Shown: positions 14,009 through 27,516, counted from the first letter of the stretch. The stretch: 64,000 nucleotides of DNA from Octopus vulgaris (GCA_951406725.2 OX597833.1:68820001-68884000); one strand, 5' to 3'. The notes: generated by a model from the letters alone, not told the origin. Numbers and translations are program-made.

Positions 14009-14410
14009 TGCGCAAGAGAGGCTGTGAGGTAAGTGGCTTGTATACCAACCACATGGTTCCGGGTTCAGTCCCACTGCGTGGCATCTTGGGCAAGTGTCTT
14101 CTGCTATAGCCCCGGGCCGACAAATTCCTTGTGAGTGGATTTGGTAGACGGAAACTTAAAGAAGCCTGTCGTATATATGTATATATATATGTATATATGT
14201 GTATGTGTATCTGTGTTTGTCCCCCTAGCATTGCTTGACAACCGATGCTGGTATGTTTAAGTCACCGTAACTTAGCGGTTCGGCAAAAGAGACCGATAGA
14301 AAAAAGTACTGGGCTTACAAAGAATAAGTCTCGGGGTCGATTTGCTCGACTAAAGGTGGTGCTCCAGCATGGCCGCAGTCAAATGACTGAAACAAGTAAA
14401 ACAGTAAAGA
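14009..14410 (+). mobile_element. SINE family B, full length
   Basis: B box gggttcagtccc, CORE-like cttgggcaagtg, internal TA/TG repeat, 3' end ggtgctccagcatggccgcagtcaaatgactgaaacaagtaaaa. Confidence 0.92.
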
Positions 14411-14804
14411 GCATATGAAACTGCTAGTAGCACATCAAAGCATGCATTGTGTCCATCATATGAAGTAATATTTATCCTTCACCAGATGAGGTACAATTTT
14501 TATTGATCTTACCATCTTGGAACTGTAAAAATAATAAAATTAGAAATCGAAAAACCTTGCTACAGAATTATATATCCTAAAAGATGAATAGAAATGACTC
14601 TTCTGACAATTTTCCACTTTGATAATTAGATATTTATAAATTGTTAGGTGTTTACAAGTGTCTCTAGAGAAAGTTAAATCTTATTTGCTGATGTGTGCTT
14701 CTATGTTGGTGATTCTGCATAATGTAAATGTCGAATGATTTATAAACAGCTCTTTATTAAAGTGGACAAATTATCAGAAATTCCATTTCTCACATCTATA
14801 GCTC

Positions 14805-14835
<31 letters not shown>

Positions 14836-15663
14836 TAATGTATGTATATTTATTTCTAAATGAAGCTTTTATGTTTTAGGCAGGTGGAGATTAATCTTTA
14901 AGTAAAGGGTTTTAGTCAGAGACATAAGCCTCAAATTGGCAGGCGTTTCCATTGGCATCAATGGAAGTGGAACTCAGGATGTAAAGAGTATAAGAGACTA
15001 ATGACAGATTTATGTTTTCGGACACTCTACCGATTCTGATTTCTGATTAGGCAAAATACCAGAGACGTTTGAATGGCAGGTAGTAGGGAACAAGAACTCT
15101 AAATACTTGAGGTCGAATCCATTCTATCGCCCTTCGATGGAAACAAAACAACGTCGACAAGGAGAGGATTTGATTTGTTGGAGAACTACCACGAATCTTT
15201 CGGTTTCACGCTCTTACGATTCCTCCACTTCGCCACATTTATCAGCATATGAATATGATTCTAGAAAGCTCCTCGCTAGCATCTCTCACTAGAGTCTGTC
15301 AAATCTTATTCTCTGTTAGCGTTTCAGTATGACGTTAATTATCTTTTACGTAACTATCATTAATAATATACATGCGTATATGATATAGTCTATAGCGTTT
15401 GCTATTAATATGTAACGATGTATCCTAAGAAATTCTTGAATACATATCATGCGTGTTTTTGTAAATAAGATTGCTTGTCTGTCACTTTGGTGCCCAAAGT
15501 ATAATTTCATTATGACCATCTGTGTATGCTGTCAATCATTGCTTGCTTTTTGTATATATATATATATATATATATATACGTTCAGGCATAATGATATCGG
15601 TCTGTGTTCCTGCTTGCGTACAAATTGTTCATATTCAGTGTACACGCATCTTTCCCCCACCAC

Positions 15664-15725
<62 letters not shown>

Positions 15726-16273
15726 ACACACATGTGCACAGACATTTGTACATATAGGTGTTGTGTTTATAATTCGATAAATCTATCGTTATGTACTCAG
15801 ATATATATATATATATCCACATACAGTACTCTACTCAGGCACACGCAACCACAGGCATGTACATAAAGAAAAAAACAACAACAACACATATACTCACACA
15901 TACACGAGAAATGAAAGGAGCCGGTGATTCTTCATTTAACAATATTGCAAGGAAATTTCTACTGAATACAAATGCACCGCTTCACTAAAAGACATTTCCC
16001 AAATGAGTGCTACCACAATTTACCTTTCACGAATATACGTTAATTACCACAATTTTCGCTTAATCTATTTAAGTGCTTCTCCAACGATTCACGATCCGGA
16101 CTTTTCTTCGATATGTTATTTTATAAATATTACTTTGGCCACTACTTTCAAACACGTCTTCGAAGTTACGACATTCGATTTACAGCTTCGTTTCCACTAC
16201 AGGCCTATTACATTCGACCAAATCTTGACAGTCTTATTTAACTAGTGGAAACTTGAAGGTGTTACAGTGATAT

Positions 16274-16862
16274 TATTTCGTTACTACCCACACGGAGCTT
16301 AAACACAGAGATGACAAACAAGGACAGACAAACTGATTAAGTCGATTACATCGACCCCAGTACATAACTGGCACTTAATTTATCGACCCCGAAAGATGAA
16401 AGGCAAAGTCGTCCTCGGCGGAATTCGAACTAAGAAAGTAGACGAAATACCTATTTCTTTACTACCCACACGGAGCTAAACACAGAGATGACAAACAAAG
16501 ACAGACAAACTGATTAAGTCGATTATATCGATGCCAGTACATAACTGGCACTTAATTTATCGACCCCGAAAGATGAAAGGCAAAGTCGTCCTCGGCGGAA
16601 TTTGAACTAAGAAAGTAGACGAAATACCTATTTCTTTACTACTCACAAGGGGCTAAACACAGAGAGGACAAACAAAGACAGACAAACTGATTAAGTCGAT
16701 TATATCGATGCCAGTGCGTAACTGGTACTTATTTGATCGACCCCGAAAGGATGAAAAGCAAAGTCGACCTCGGCGGAATTTGAACTCAGAACATAGCGGC
16801 AGACGAAATACGGCTACGCATTTCGTCTGGCGTGCTAACGTTTCTGCCAGCTCGCCGCCTTT
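16274..16862 (-). mobile_element. SINE family A, trimeric form (full unit plus two headless units)
   Basis: Head at 16862. Junctions gaaatacctatttc near 16444 and 16621. The two headless units share a private deletion. Confidence 0.92.
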
Positions 16863-17884
16863 CTCACATATATTTGTCTATCTACTTATGTGTGCAGGCA
16901 TGTGTGTATGTGTTTGTGTGTGTTGCTTTCTTGTTATTTTTTCTTGTTTTCACTTTTAAACAATAACGTACATGCATTGATAGACAGTACATTGTTATCG
17001 TTTTATTTTAAATACAACTGCACAATTTCCTCACATGATTCCTTCAACGTGTTGAATGGAACTCCAGTGACTATACACCATTCGGTTTTCATGCATAAGC
17101 TACTTTGATGTAAGCTATTGTGCAGCTACCCATTCAACAGACAATACAGACTATTGTCTGTGTGTTTATCTTATGCTGCTCCATTATACGTTATCATGCG
17201 TCTCTGTCAGCAAGAATGACGGATGGACATAGATTGTTGTTTTCTGTTATTTCTTCTGAAATGCTTTTCCGTTTCGTCAGCAATACGAAGATCTTCACAA
17301 GTGTTATTCATTCTATAAGATACATGCATTTGTGGCGTATTTACAAACAAACATCCTATGACACCATACTCGGAACCAAAGTTTTGATGTCTAAACCTGA
17401 GGACAGAGGTGTCTCTGTTACCAATGGAATCTAATGTAACATTATGAGTGGTGGCTTTAATAATGAGCTGTTTATAAATCATACATATTATAAATATGCA
17501 CATACTATTCGTTATGATATGCGGCTGGTACCTTTAATGATGAGCTGTTTATAAATCATGTGTGTGAAAATAAAAATTGAATGCATTTATTTATAAATGC
17601 TTGCGTAATATTTTCTATTACCTTTATCCTCTTGATAATGTACACTCTAAAAGATTTTCCCGACGTACTGATGGTTAATCAATTTTAACAACCAAAAATG
17701 AGTGAGATGCGGACGCAAATGTGTATACCTGAAATTCACACATTTAACTTAAGTGTCTATCTATGTTTTTTCGCCTAAATCAATGTATAGTTTTTCTCTA
17801 AAAATATCACTCCTGATGAATCTTCAAAAGGAAATGACAGCGTTAAGATAAATAATTCTCCCAAATTCTCATTACCTCCTTTCT

Positions 17885-17943
<59 letters not shown>

Positions 17944-18272
17944 ATTGCAGGAATCGAAGTAGATAAATTTATAGATGATAGAATGTAAATATTGGGGTAA
18001 AACACTTTTGCATAGAGGGGTTGAAGTTTGCCTGTGACATTCCGAGCATGACCCTCCGTTCAATAAAAAAAAACGGTAAAGAGAGAAAGGTGCATACGTA
18101 CGGAATTTACCAATCGAAACCCAAATACTTACAAACAGCCTTTAAATTCTCTTACACAAACATATACACACACAATAAACGTTTCCCTCTCTCTCTCCCA
18201 ACCACTGTCGAGACGGATGTAACCATCACCACTAATATATAAATAATGTGGAAGTGAGTGACATTGATATAT

Positions 18273-18625
18273 GGAAGCGCTCCGTCGGTTACGACGATGA
18301 GGGTTCCGGTTGATCCGAATCAACGGAACAGCCTGCTCGTGAAATTAACGTGTAAGTGGCTGAGCACTCCACAGACACGTGTACCCTTAACGTAGTTCTC
18401 GGGGATATTCAGCGTGACACAGAGAGTGACAAGGCCGGCCCTTTGAAATACAGGTACAACAGAAACAGGAAGTAAGAGTGAGAGAAAGTTGTGGTGAAAG
18501 AGTACAGCAGTTATCACCACCATCCCCATGCTGGAGCCTCGTGGAGCTTTAGGTGTTTTCGCTCAATAAACACTCACAACGCCCGGTCTGGGAATCGAAA
18601 CCGCGATCCTATGACCGCGAGTCCG
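18273..18625 (-). mobile_element. tRNA-derived SINE (head D plus tail C), slightly 5'-truncated, 11-bp TSD
   Basis: Minus-strand B box ggtttcgattccc. TSD cattgatatat at 18262-18272 and 18626-18636. Confidence 0.88.
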
Positions 18626-19339
18626 CATTGATATATAGAGTGAGACAAACAAACAGTCAGGGACAGAGAGACACAGCGAGATCATATTTCCGAGAACTCA
18701 CTGTTACTGATATACAGAGACGCACGCATCATAATTTGTTTCAGCAAAAAAAAAAAATAAATAAATAACTAAAACAGGTGATGCCGGCAGCAATTAGAAA
18801 ACTTTTACACTTTTGAAAATAATGTTGAAATTATATTTTTACACGATTTCTTATCACACGGCGATAATAGAAATCTAAACTATTAAACGATTTTCATCCA
18901 TGAGTGTGTATGTATTTTAATTATTTCCTATTGACGTTTTTTCTGTATGAAACACAAGTCTTGATTTTTGCAGATGGTTGACATGGTATTTTGGGGCTCA
19001 TTCTCTATTTCAGATAATTTTACATTTTTTTAATTTATTTTCTTAATCTAATTATAATCTCATTTTCAAGACACATTATTGTTATTATTATTATTGATAT
19101 TCTGTTATTTTTTATGCAATGAAAAAAAAACTGACTAAAACTGAAATTTTGGTTATCATAATAATATTAATCCTTATTGCAAGTTGATATGTGTGGGCTT
19201 CTTCGCAATAACCCGAATATGTATTTGATATCTCGTATTACATTAAATGAAAGTAGTTGTTTATTTTAATTACCATTTGTCAATAGATAGATCAGAATAC
19301 TTGGACTTGGGATACTAGTTATGATGTCAATCTTAGCCT

Positions 19340-19900
19340 CGTGTTTGTTGGTTAAGTATGGTTCTTGGTCTGTGGGGCGGCTGAAATTGAAACAACGGTG
19401 GTGACTGGAACAACAGGAATATGTTGTTGGAAGAGCATCTTTGGTTGCGATTCAGAATGTTCGATGCAGAAAACTGAGAACAAGAAATCTATGGAAGAAA
19501 TTTCTTTAAAATAACATCCAGCCATCTTGCAAGAACAGGATATTACAAAACAGTGATTATTTGTGGTAAACGGTGTCGGGAAATTAATAAAAGTGGTTAA
19601 ATGACACACGCACACTTAAACAATCTAATCCTAATACGGCAGAAATAAGGCGAGATGGCATGAGATTGGTGATGTTCGAAAAGGAAGAATACCTCAATAG
19701 ATGAAGCAAAAGAGGGATGAAATGATACAGAGATCGGTGAGCTAAGAAGGAAGAAATAGAACCAGATGTTTGATAATGTGCTAATGAAAACTGCATACAT
19801 ATTCTGCATACAACTGAAAATATTTATAGCTAGAGAACGCGGGACGGTATTTATATCATACCTCATTAAGTGGCAAAGAAAATTTTACTGAGGCAATGAT
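19340..19900 (+). mobile_element. Possible highly decayed RTE-like LINE 3' region
   Basis: Purine-rich stretch with faint IGELRRKK*NQMFDNVLMK similarity to the RTE RLRWFGHV end. Confidence 0.25.
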
Positions 19901-21709
19901 ATTGAGTGCTAGGAATTTTAAAAGATACGGGGCGTGGAGTGCTTTTCATGCATTGACCTATCTGTTTGATTATTTATGCTTAATTCTTTTCTCTGTATTT
20001 TGCTTATTTTTATCATTATATGCGTACTGTCTTTCGTATTTTACCAAAATGTTTATGTTTCGCTTTCACACACAGCTTTCTGTACATTCTTACATGTATT
20101 ATAACGCCTACTTCTATGACACTCTATGAATGTATGGCCCCGTTCGGCAAATGTATAATAATGATAATTATTCTTTTTCTTATTAACATTCACATTTGTT
20201 TTCTAATGTTTCTATAATCATTAAAGAGCTGCATAAGATTCATTTTCAGGTTTTAAAATATACCTCCGTCGTTTTATCGTAAGAGGGTCAGGTTGTCGAT
20301 AAGAACCTCGAGCACTGATACAATTTCACATAATTTTCTTGTCGTTATTCAACTAGTAAATTAACTCACGGTTTCATATAAGGAATATTGCAAAATAAAT
20401 ACTAAACATTATTTCGCTCTTGAACCACTCTTCTTATCACACTCACATAAATCCGAACAATTACGTATACAAAACGCACACACACATATGTGAGTCTATA
20501 TAAATTATTTCTAAATTTATAATCTTGAAAAAAAATCAAATCTACCTATATAAGTTCTTGGCTCACGCTAGGGTATGAACTGTAACCAATATACAGACAT
20601 ACAAATAATCTTTTTGGTAATTATTTTAGCACCAGAAACAAAATCCTGTCCATTTTCATCAAAGACACAAGAGTTGTAAATATGTGTAGATTTAGATTAT
20701 TTTCTCGGATTATCTTGTCAGTTTCGAATATTTTCTATGTTTATCGATGATCCGGACCTCTTCCCAGCCTCATAGAAAACGGTTGCACATTAGCTTGTAC
20801 GTATCTTTACGCGGGATATGGGAATAAATGTAACTAATTATAACTGTTAGGCATTCATTTCAATAAATATATTCGTCTCCTCTCCAAGAGTGTGTTAGCT
20901 GCTGAGTAGATGCAACCTAGAATTCAGTTGTATTCATCCGAAATTGCTTGGTTTTTACATTTAACAGAGACTAAATCATTGTATGCCTAAAATGGTATAA
21001 CCTATCCTTTTATTACGTGAAAGGAACCTGTAATTTTCCCTCCCAAAATTTAGATTCCCACTACATTGATTTCAATTCTTAATACCACACCGAAGATGCC
21101 TATACTTCTTTGCATTCTAATAAATGCGAACTTTCCTCCTGTTGTTCCCGTAATAATAATAATAATAATAATTATTATTATTATTATTATTATTATTATT
21201 TTCTATACTAAATTTCCTCACCAATCGATGTTGTTTCGTTTTATGACACAGATTTGAATGTTGTTATTTTGTCAATATTCACAAATATTGTTTGTTGCAT
21301 GCCTTCATTTATTTCAAGTTTTTATGGTAATTTAACTGTTATTTCGATTTGTCGTTATTCCACGTATGTTAACATGAAAGTAATAATAATCACATTGCAT
21401 ATATGCATTTATATATATTTTTTTCTATATTTTGTTGTATAACTATTTTGTTAAAGCTAATCGTTGTATCTATTTTGTTGTTTGTGATGTTGTTTTTCTT
21501 TCATATTGTTCGATTTCATTTCACCTATATGTTTTCTTGACTTCCAGCACATTTCAGTATAGACCTGATCATTTGAATTAATGATCTTTTTTTCGAGGAT
21601 TACCTTAGATTAGAAACCTTAGTACGGCACGAAATTATTCGAAACTAAACCATTTCGTTGCCCCCTACACGGCCAACCATAAAACCTTATTTATTCTGAT
21701 ATGTTCCAG

Positions 21710-21769
21710 ATGACAACAACACTCTGTCTGCACCTCCAACAACCAGTAAAGCAGAGGTCCCCGAAAAAA
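21710..21769 (+). CDS. 60-nt internal coding exon (phase 1-1) of a putative GPI-anchored protein
   Basis: Acceptor ttccag|, donor |gtaagt. Open frame xDNNTLSAPPTTSKAEVPEK, in phase with the downstream exons. Confidence 0.7.
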
Positions 21770-22905
21770 GTAAGTTGAACACATCAAATATATATATGTA
21801 TATATTTCATTATATATATATATTTATATTGACCAAAATAGATTTACTGTCCATTACAGAACATAACCAAATCTATCTAAAAAAACACCCATATTTCGTC
21901 CCAATCATGTCATAAATACTCAAATCATTCTATCATTCGATTTAATGTCTTATATTTATAGTCATATAATTAATTCCATTAACAGGAAACAAGAGCGTCA
22001 ACTAGAAACGTATTGTGGCATAGCGATTTTTATTACAATTCCAATAAATCTATCTCTATAATTTCCGTATTCATGAAATAAAATCATATTAACAACGATC
22101 AATATCTGTCTCATTCGGCAATGTTATATACAAATATACTCCCAAGAGATTCACAACTTACAATGAACAGGTTTGGAATTCAGTGAACTTGAAAAACAGA
22201 ATAAAAAAAAATAAGAGAAACACTAGATCGATATTCTTGTATGGGAATATGTCAACTAAATACCAAAGAACATTTTTCTTTAATGAGAAAAAAAACCCCC
22301 AATAATTTAAACAAAATATAGTACACTAGAGATACAGATGAGCGACGTTGATACGATATGCCCAGTAAACAATACGGTAACTAGTTGAAAATGTGCGTTA
22401 CTTTATCAACTCCACATACAAAATTTGATAATTGCCAGTCGTCCATTCAACTGAGTAAGTTTCAAAAGCATATAATCGTTTTCATTCCAAGCGTATAATT
22501 TCGGAAATTAATGTTAAAATCTGCCCTTATCTCCACCACGTTCCCAGTCCCTCTAATCAAGTATGAAAGATGATGAATGACAAAAGAACAAGAAACACGT
22601 TATCACTTTCTTTAGCCTACCGTTGTTTTTGCTCTTAGAGACGTTGTAATCAAAGATGATAGACAGTGAAATCAGAGATGATGCAACGCTACTTATTGCA
22701 TACACAGCTGTAATATATGAAAAGTGTTTATAAAGCTCTTATCGTTTGTCATTAATTTTATCATACCTCGCTACCTACTCGCCTAAATATTTAACCTAAA
22801 GCGTTAGTATAATATGTTATAACAGCTAGTTCTTAGTATTGCTATGTCTAGAGAAACTCATAATACCATAATTTCATATATAAGTTGACCTTATAATTCG
22901 TACCT

Positions 22906-23290
22906 TATTTACATTCGACGGATACCTGTCCTCATGCTGTTTGTTCTTAACACAACGTTCCGGCTGATATATGCTCCAGCCTTCATCGGGTGTCTTGTGG
23001 AAATTTAGAACCGGGGTTCTCATTCATACGGGCATATACGTAGTGGTTAAGGGCGCGGGCTACTAACCCCAAGATTCCTTGATCGATTCCTGGCAATGAC
23101 CTGAATAATAAGAAGTAGAACATCAAAAAATACCTTAGGGATGAGAACCCAGCTTCGAAATTTCCCCCAAGACATTTGATGAAGGCTGGAGGGTATATCA
23201 GCCGAAACGTTGTGTTAACAACAAACAAGATGAGGACAAATATCCATCAAATGTAAATAGTGTACATAATTTCTCATCTCTTAAATATAG
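22906..23290 (+). mobile_element. tRNA-headed element with hammerhead-bearing Penelope-like tail and upstream inverted tail copy
   Basis: Inverted arms 22906-23025 and 23140-23259. tRNA-like head 23030-23100 (A box tagtggttaa, B-box-like gatcgattcc). Hammerhead motif in both arms. Confidence 0.8.
23171..23216 (+). ncRNA. Minimal type I hammerhead motif (C3U in this copy)
   Basis: GACAU-UUGAUGA-A-GGCUG(GAGGGUAUAU)CAGCC-GAAAC-GUU-GUGUU. The consensus with the left arm restores CUGAUGA and GAAA. Confidence 0.7.
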
Positions 23291-23828
23291 AAGTGCATAT
23301 TATTCCTGTTACTTTAATTTCTGTACGAAATAGATGGCTCAAGATCGAGCGTCAGCGAATCAGTTTCCTGGTATTATAATTGGAATCTCTTCAGTTTCCG
23401 GCTGGCACATAGAAAATCGTAAATTTGGGGTTTAACGTTATGCTTTGATAGCAAACAAATGAGAAATGCTAAGCGTATATATACGTCTGTGTATGTGTGT
23501 GTGTGTGCATGTATGTATGTGTGTGCTTATTATCTATTTATAGATAGAGACATAGATGTATATGCATTATAGACATAAATTCAATAACGTCTACATTGCT
23601 AGACATTTTAGAAGACACGATACACTAGGAAATAAAGAAATGTCAAAAAGTTATGATAAAATAATCAAATCACTATTCAAATCTGAAAAGAAATAGCCAC
23701 CTAAATATACTTCATGATCCCCGTTGTTCGATAGTAAATAAATATATTAATTTAGTAAAAATATAACAGAATCCCTTGTCTAATGCTATTTCGTATTGTC
23801 CCACATACGTAGTTATTCACATGCGATT

Positions 23829-23865
<37 letters not shown>

Positions 23866-24599
23866 ATTTTCTGAACTAACCCCCATTGAATCACATTCAT
23901 ATACTAATATAGTGGCGCACATAATTGTCCATGAACATTTTCTCAAATACACATATATATATATATATACACAAACGTGCAAATATACGCCCCACCAAAA
24001 AAAAAAAAAACAGACACAACATGCAAGTGTATGTATATAGGAACATACAATCATATACACATATACCGAAACATTTATACTCTAGTGGAGACCTAAGCGC
24101 TGGCAGTATTCACTGTTATCGAGTAATTATATTTTACCATACAACGGAATGTCGTCTGATTCTCAAAATAAAAATGAAACCTCTAAGCAACCACAACCAA
24201 ATGACCTTGCCTTAGGTCAAAGGTCATGTTTACTATTTTTCTGTAATTGATTTTATATAACCTTATTATATAGCATTGTATAGTAGTGCGTATACTGGGC
24301 ATAAAACGATAAATGTATCAAACACTGCCACGGCGACGATAATTCAATTTGGACATCGTATTATAGAAAGTTCTCATTTGTGTTATGTCACCAACGCTCT
24401 TTGTAGAATTATGAAGTCTGCAGGCTCCAGTTTTCATCTTTGCTTAATCTGAATCCTGATATACATAAAAAAGAATGAATACAATATATGAATCACCAGG
24501 TGTCAGACAGCGTGTAGACGGCAGATACATATAAATATAACAGCGTTTATATACTGTGTTAACGAATTTAGTTAAGGGGGTTCGGACGAATAGTTTGGA

Positions 24600-24850
24600 G
24601 GTTACACAGTTCATGATTGTTAGATTTTGAATACGCCTCTGATCAAGTGGCAAATTTTATCCTTGAGTAAGGCATTTCACTTCGAGATATTTCATTCAAG
24701 TCAGCTGGAACTATGTACAAGAATTGCGGATTTAACCCTGATATAACCTAACATCTGGCTGAATGGTTTTCTCTTTTCATTCCTAATCGCTAAAATGCCA
24801 AGTAAACCATGATAAGGACCGGACTAATGGGGTTATAGATTCAGGACAGA
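24600..24850 (+). mobile_element. Very decayed SINE-like element
   Basis: tccttgagtaaggcatttcacttc...tcagctgg resembles the body of the 3023-3273 element. Confidence 0.35.
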
Positions 24851-25205
24851 ACTGAATGTCTCATAAGTTTTGAATAATGACTCGATTGCTTCTCGTTTAG
24901 AATAAAAGTATCCAATAATAGAATTACATGAAATGCAGAAAAAAACTATTTCTAATTTCAATGTTTTTAAATCTGTTAAATACGAACGAAATTGAATTAT
25001 TATGAATGATATTGTGTGCAGGTGGAAAGGTTTCGAATTCGCCAAAGTCGTTGTAACTGTGCTGATTACAAGCTCGCATTGCAAACATGTTGTTTGTTGT
25101 TCGATCCCACCGCTTTCTAAACAGCTTTCTAAATAATATCACCAATACATTATCAACAGAGTTTTGCACAGAGGGGTATCTGAAAATATCCCTCATTTAC
25201 AGTGT

Positions 25206-25236
<31 letters not shown>

Positions 25237-25239
25237 AGT

Positions 25240-25272
<33 letters not shown>

Positions 25273-25749
25273 TTGTGTGTGAGTGAGAGAGAGAGAGAAA
25301 TCGGGTTTATTTCGCTTCAGCAAGAGAGAGGGTCGTTATCATCTACATCATAGTAAAATGCGCAAAGTTAAAGTCCTCCATCCATTGATTACGCCCGTAG
25401 TTTAAAAGAACTGTTATGGATTATAGCGAAATCTAAGATCGATTTTCATTTTTAGTTACTTACATGCTTTATATCCCAATCGTGGCGTACAACATTACAC
25501 TGAACAGTTTGACCTTCTGTCTCCAAATACGAGCAAACTAGTCGCATATGTCAGTATTTAGCTTGTAGTATTTATTGACTTTAAAGCACCCGAGCACATA
25601 ATCATTGTCATAGTAAATGTTGTGTTATGCTATTGCTGCATCCCTGTTTGCGGAATGTATTTCATTTGTAATCAATTTTAAATGTTATTTCAACATACGC
25701 CATTTTGCTTTTAGTAATTAGTACCCATTATTAATATTTCAACTATTGT

Positions 25750-25797
<48 letters not shown>

Positions 25798-26461
25798 CCA
25801 TCTTCATCTTATGTTTTTCTTAAATTTAAACTATATATATATATATATATTTCTGTTCTGAATAATGAGTCTTTCTTATATTTATAACTTCTGGATTATA
25901 GATGACATAAGTTGCCTCATTTATTCCATATAAGCTATTTGCAAAGAAGATAACATCTATGTGGATAATCTGACAGACAGATGACATATAGAATACATCT
26001 GGACACAGGCTGGGGATGTGACAGAAGGAAAATTCTCAAATATCTATTTTCTACTAGTATATTTTATCATTTTTCTTTTTATGATAAATAGAATTTTCTT
26101 TACTCAGTTTATGAAGCATTTATAAGGAAACTACAGGGATCACATTTTTTGGTGTCTCCCGATAAAGAAAAAAATTCGGATTCTCTCTCAAAACATTGCG
26201 TTTAAAATCATGAAAACAGGCCTGCTATTACGAAAACATCGTACATCGCAAATAAAAGTAGAATGATTACGCTTAAATATGTTTACGAGGATCGAAACTT
26301 AGCTCAAAAACAAACGAACTCAAAAGTCAACAACTAGAAAAATAACACAAAATGTTCTTTAGTGTAGACTTTCTCGATCAAAAATGAATTTACTCTATTT
26401 CACATCACAAGAATAGTAGAAAATCTCTTGGGTACATATACAATAAAAATAATTGACAAAT

Positions 26462-26670
26462 CGGGGAGCAGGTAAATTCGTTGGCATGTCGAGCAAGATG
26501 GTTAGTGGCATTTCTTGTCTTCATATTCCGAATTCAAATACCGCCGAGGTTGACTTTGCCTTTCATCTGTTTCGGGATCGATGAAAGGCAAGACTGGAGT
26601 CTACATAGTCGACGTATCCCCTTACCCAGAACTGCTGGCTCTATGCCAAAATCTGTAGCCAATATATTGT
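26462..26670 (+). mobile_element. Degenerate SINE family A
   Basis: gaattcaaataccgccgaggttgactttgcctttcatc body. Confidence 0.75.
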
Positions 26671-27289
26671 AATGGTGGTGTTGTATACCGGAAGCATCTC
26701 GGCTAAAATGATTCTGCAGTACTAATACATTACTATTATGTTCATCGACAATTAACCGTAATTTATGTCTACAGATCGAGATATCACACAGATATATCAC
26801 TGACAAAATGTCAAGCTACAGATTACTGGCTATATAATAATAACTTCAAATCTTAGACTAATCAGCTGCGACGTAATCAGCTCATTTTATTCTATTTTCT
26901 CAATGTCCTGTGGTAATCATTTATTACCAGTTCAATCTACATCTTTTTAATATCATTACCATATTGTCATTATGCATTTTGTTCCTCTATAAGTAATTTT
27001 CATATATTTATTCCTTTCTGTTATGTTTTCGACTTTATGTAAGACATTTTCTTGCTATGTTTCTTTTGCCTGAAAGCAGTGACGTTCCAGCATTCTAAGG
27101 GCGTAGGACGAAACATCTTACGTTATCTTCCACTTTCTTTATTTGGACTTGAAATCGCATCGAAATATTTCCTGTCATCATTTCAAGATCAATAAATGAT
27201 TTATTACTAGTTGTGAAAATCCTCTTTATCTCATAGTATCTCTCACCCTTCTCTGTTTTCTCTCTCTATCACCCCTCTGTCTGTAGTGT

Positions 27290-27430
27290 GCATGTAAAAT
27301 TCAACGGTCCGAAGTTGTGACATGCTCTTCCACTAAGAATTTCGTAGAGGGTACACAAACCTGGAAACACCCAGCCGCGTGTATATAATTTCACGCGTTG
27401 AAGGCCAGTCATTCAATAAACGGAGTCTTA
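27290..27430 (+). mobile_element. Decayed SINE tail module C
   Basis: cgtagagggtacac...cagcc...taatttcacg resembles tail C. Confidence 0.4.
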
Positions 27431-27516
27431 TCCATGTAAGGACAAGCAAATATATCAACGATTATACAATTATTATCATTATTATCATTAGTATTATTAT
27501 TATTATTATTATTATT

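Noticed and set aside
16274-16862. CRISPR-like or satellite array
   Set aside because: The units are ~180-bp SINE bodies with no unique spacers, and the context is eukaryotic.
23030-23100. Functional tRNA gene (also the heads at 59773 and 62206)
   Set aside because: No proper acceptor stem or terminator, and each is fused to a repeat body, so these are SINE heads.
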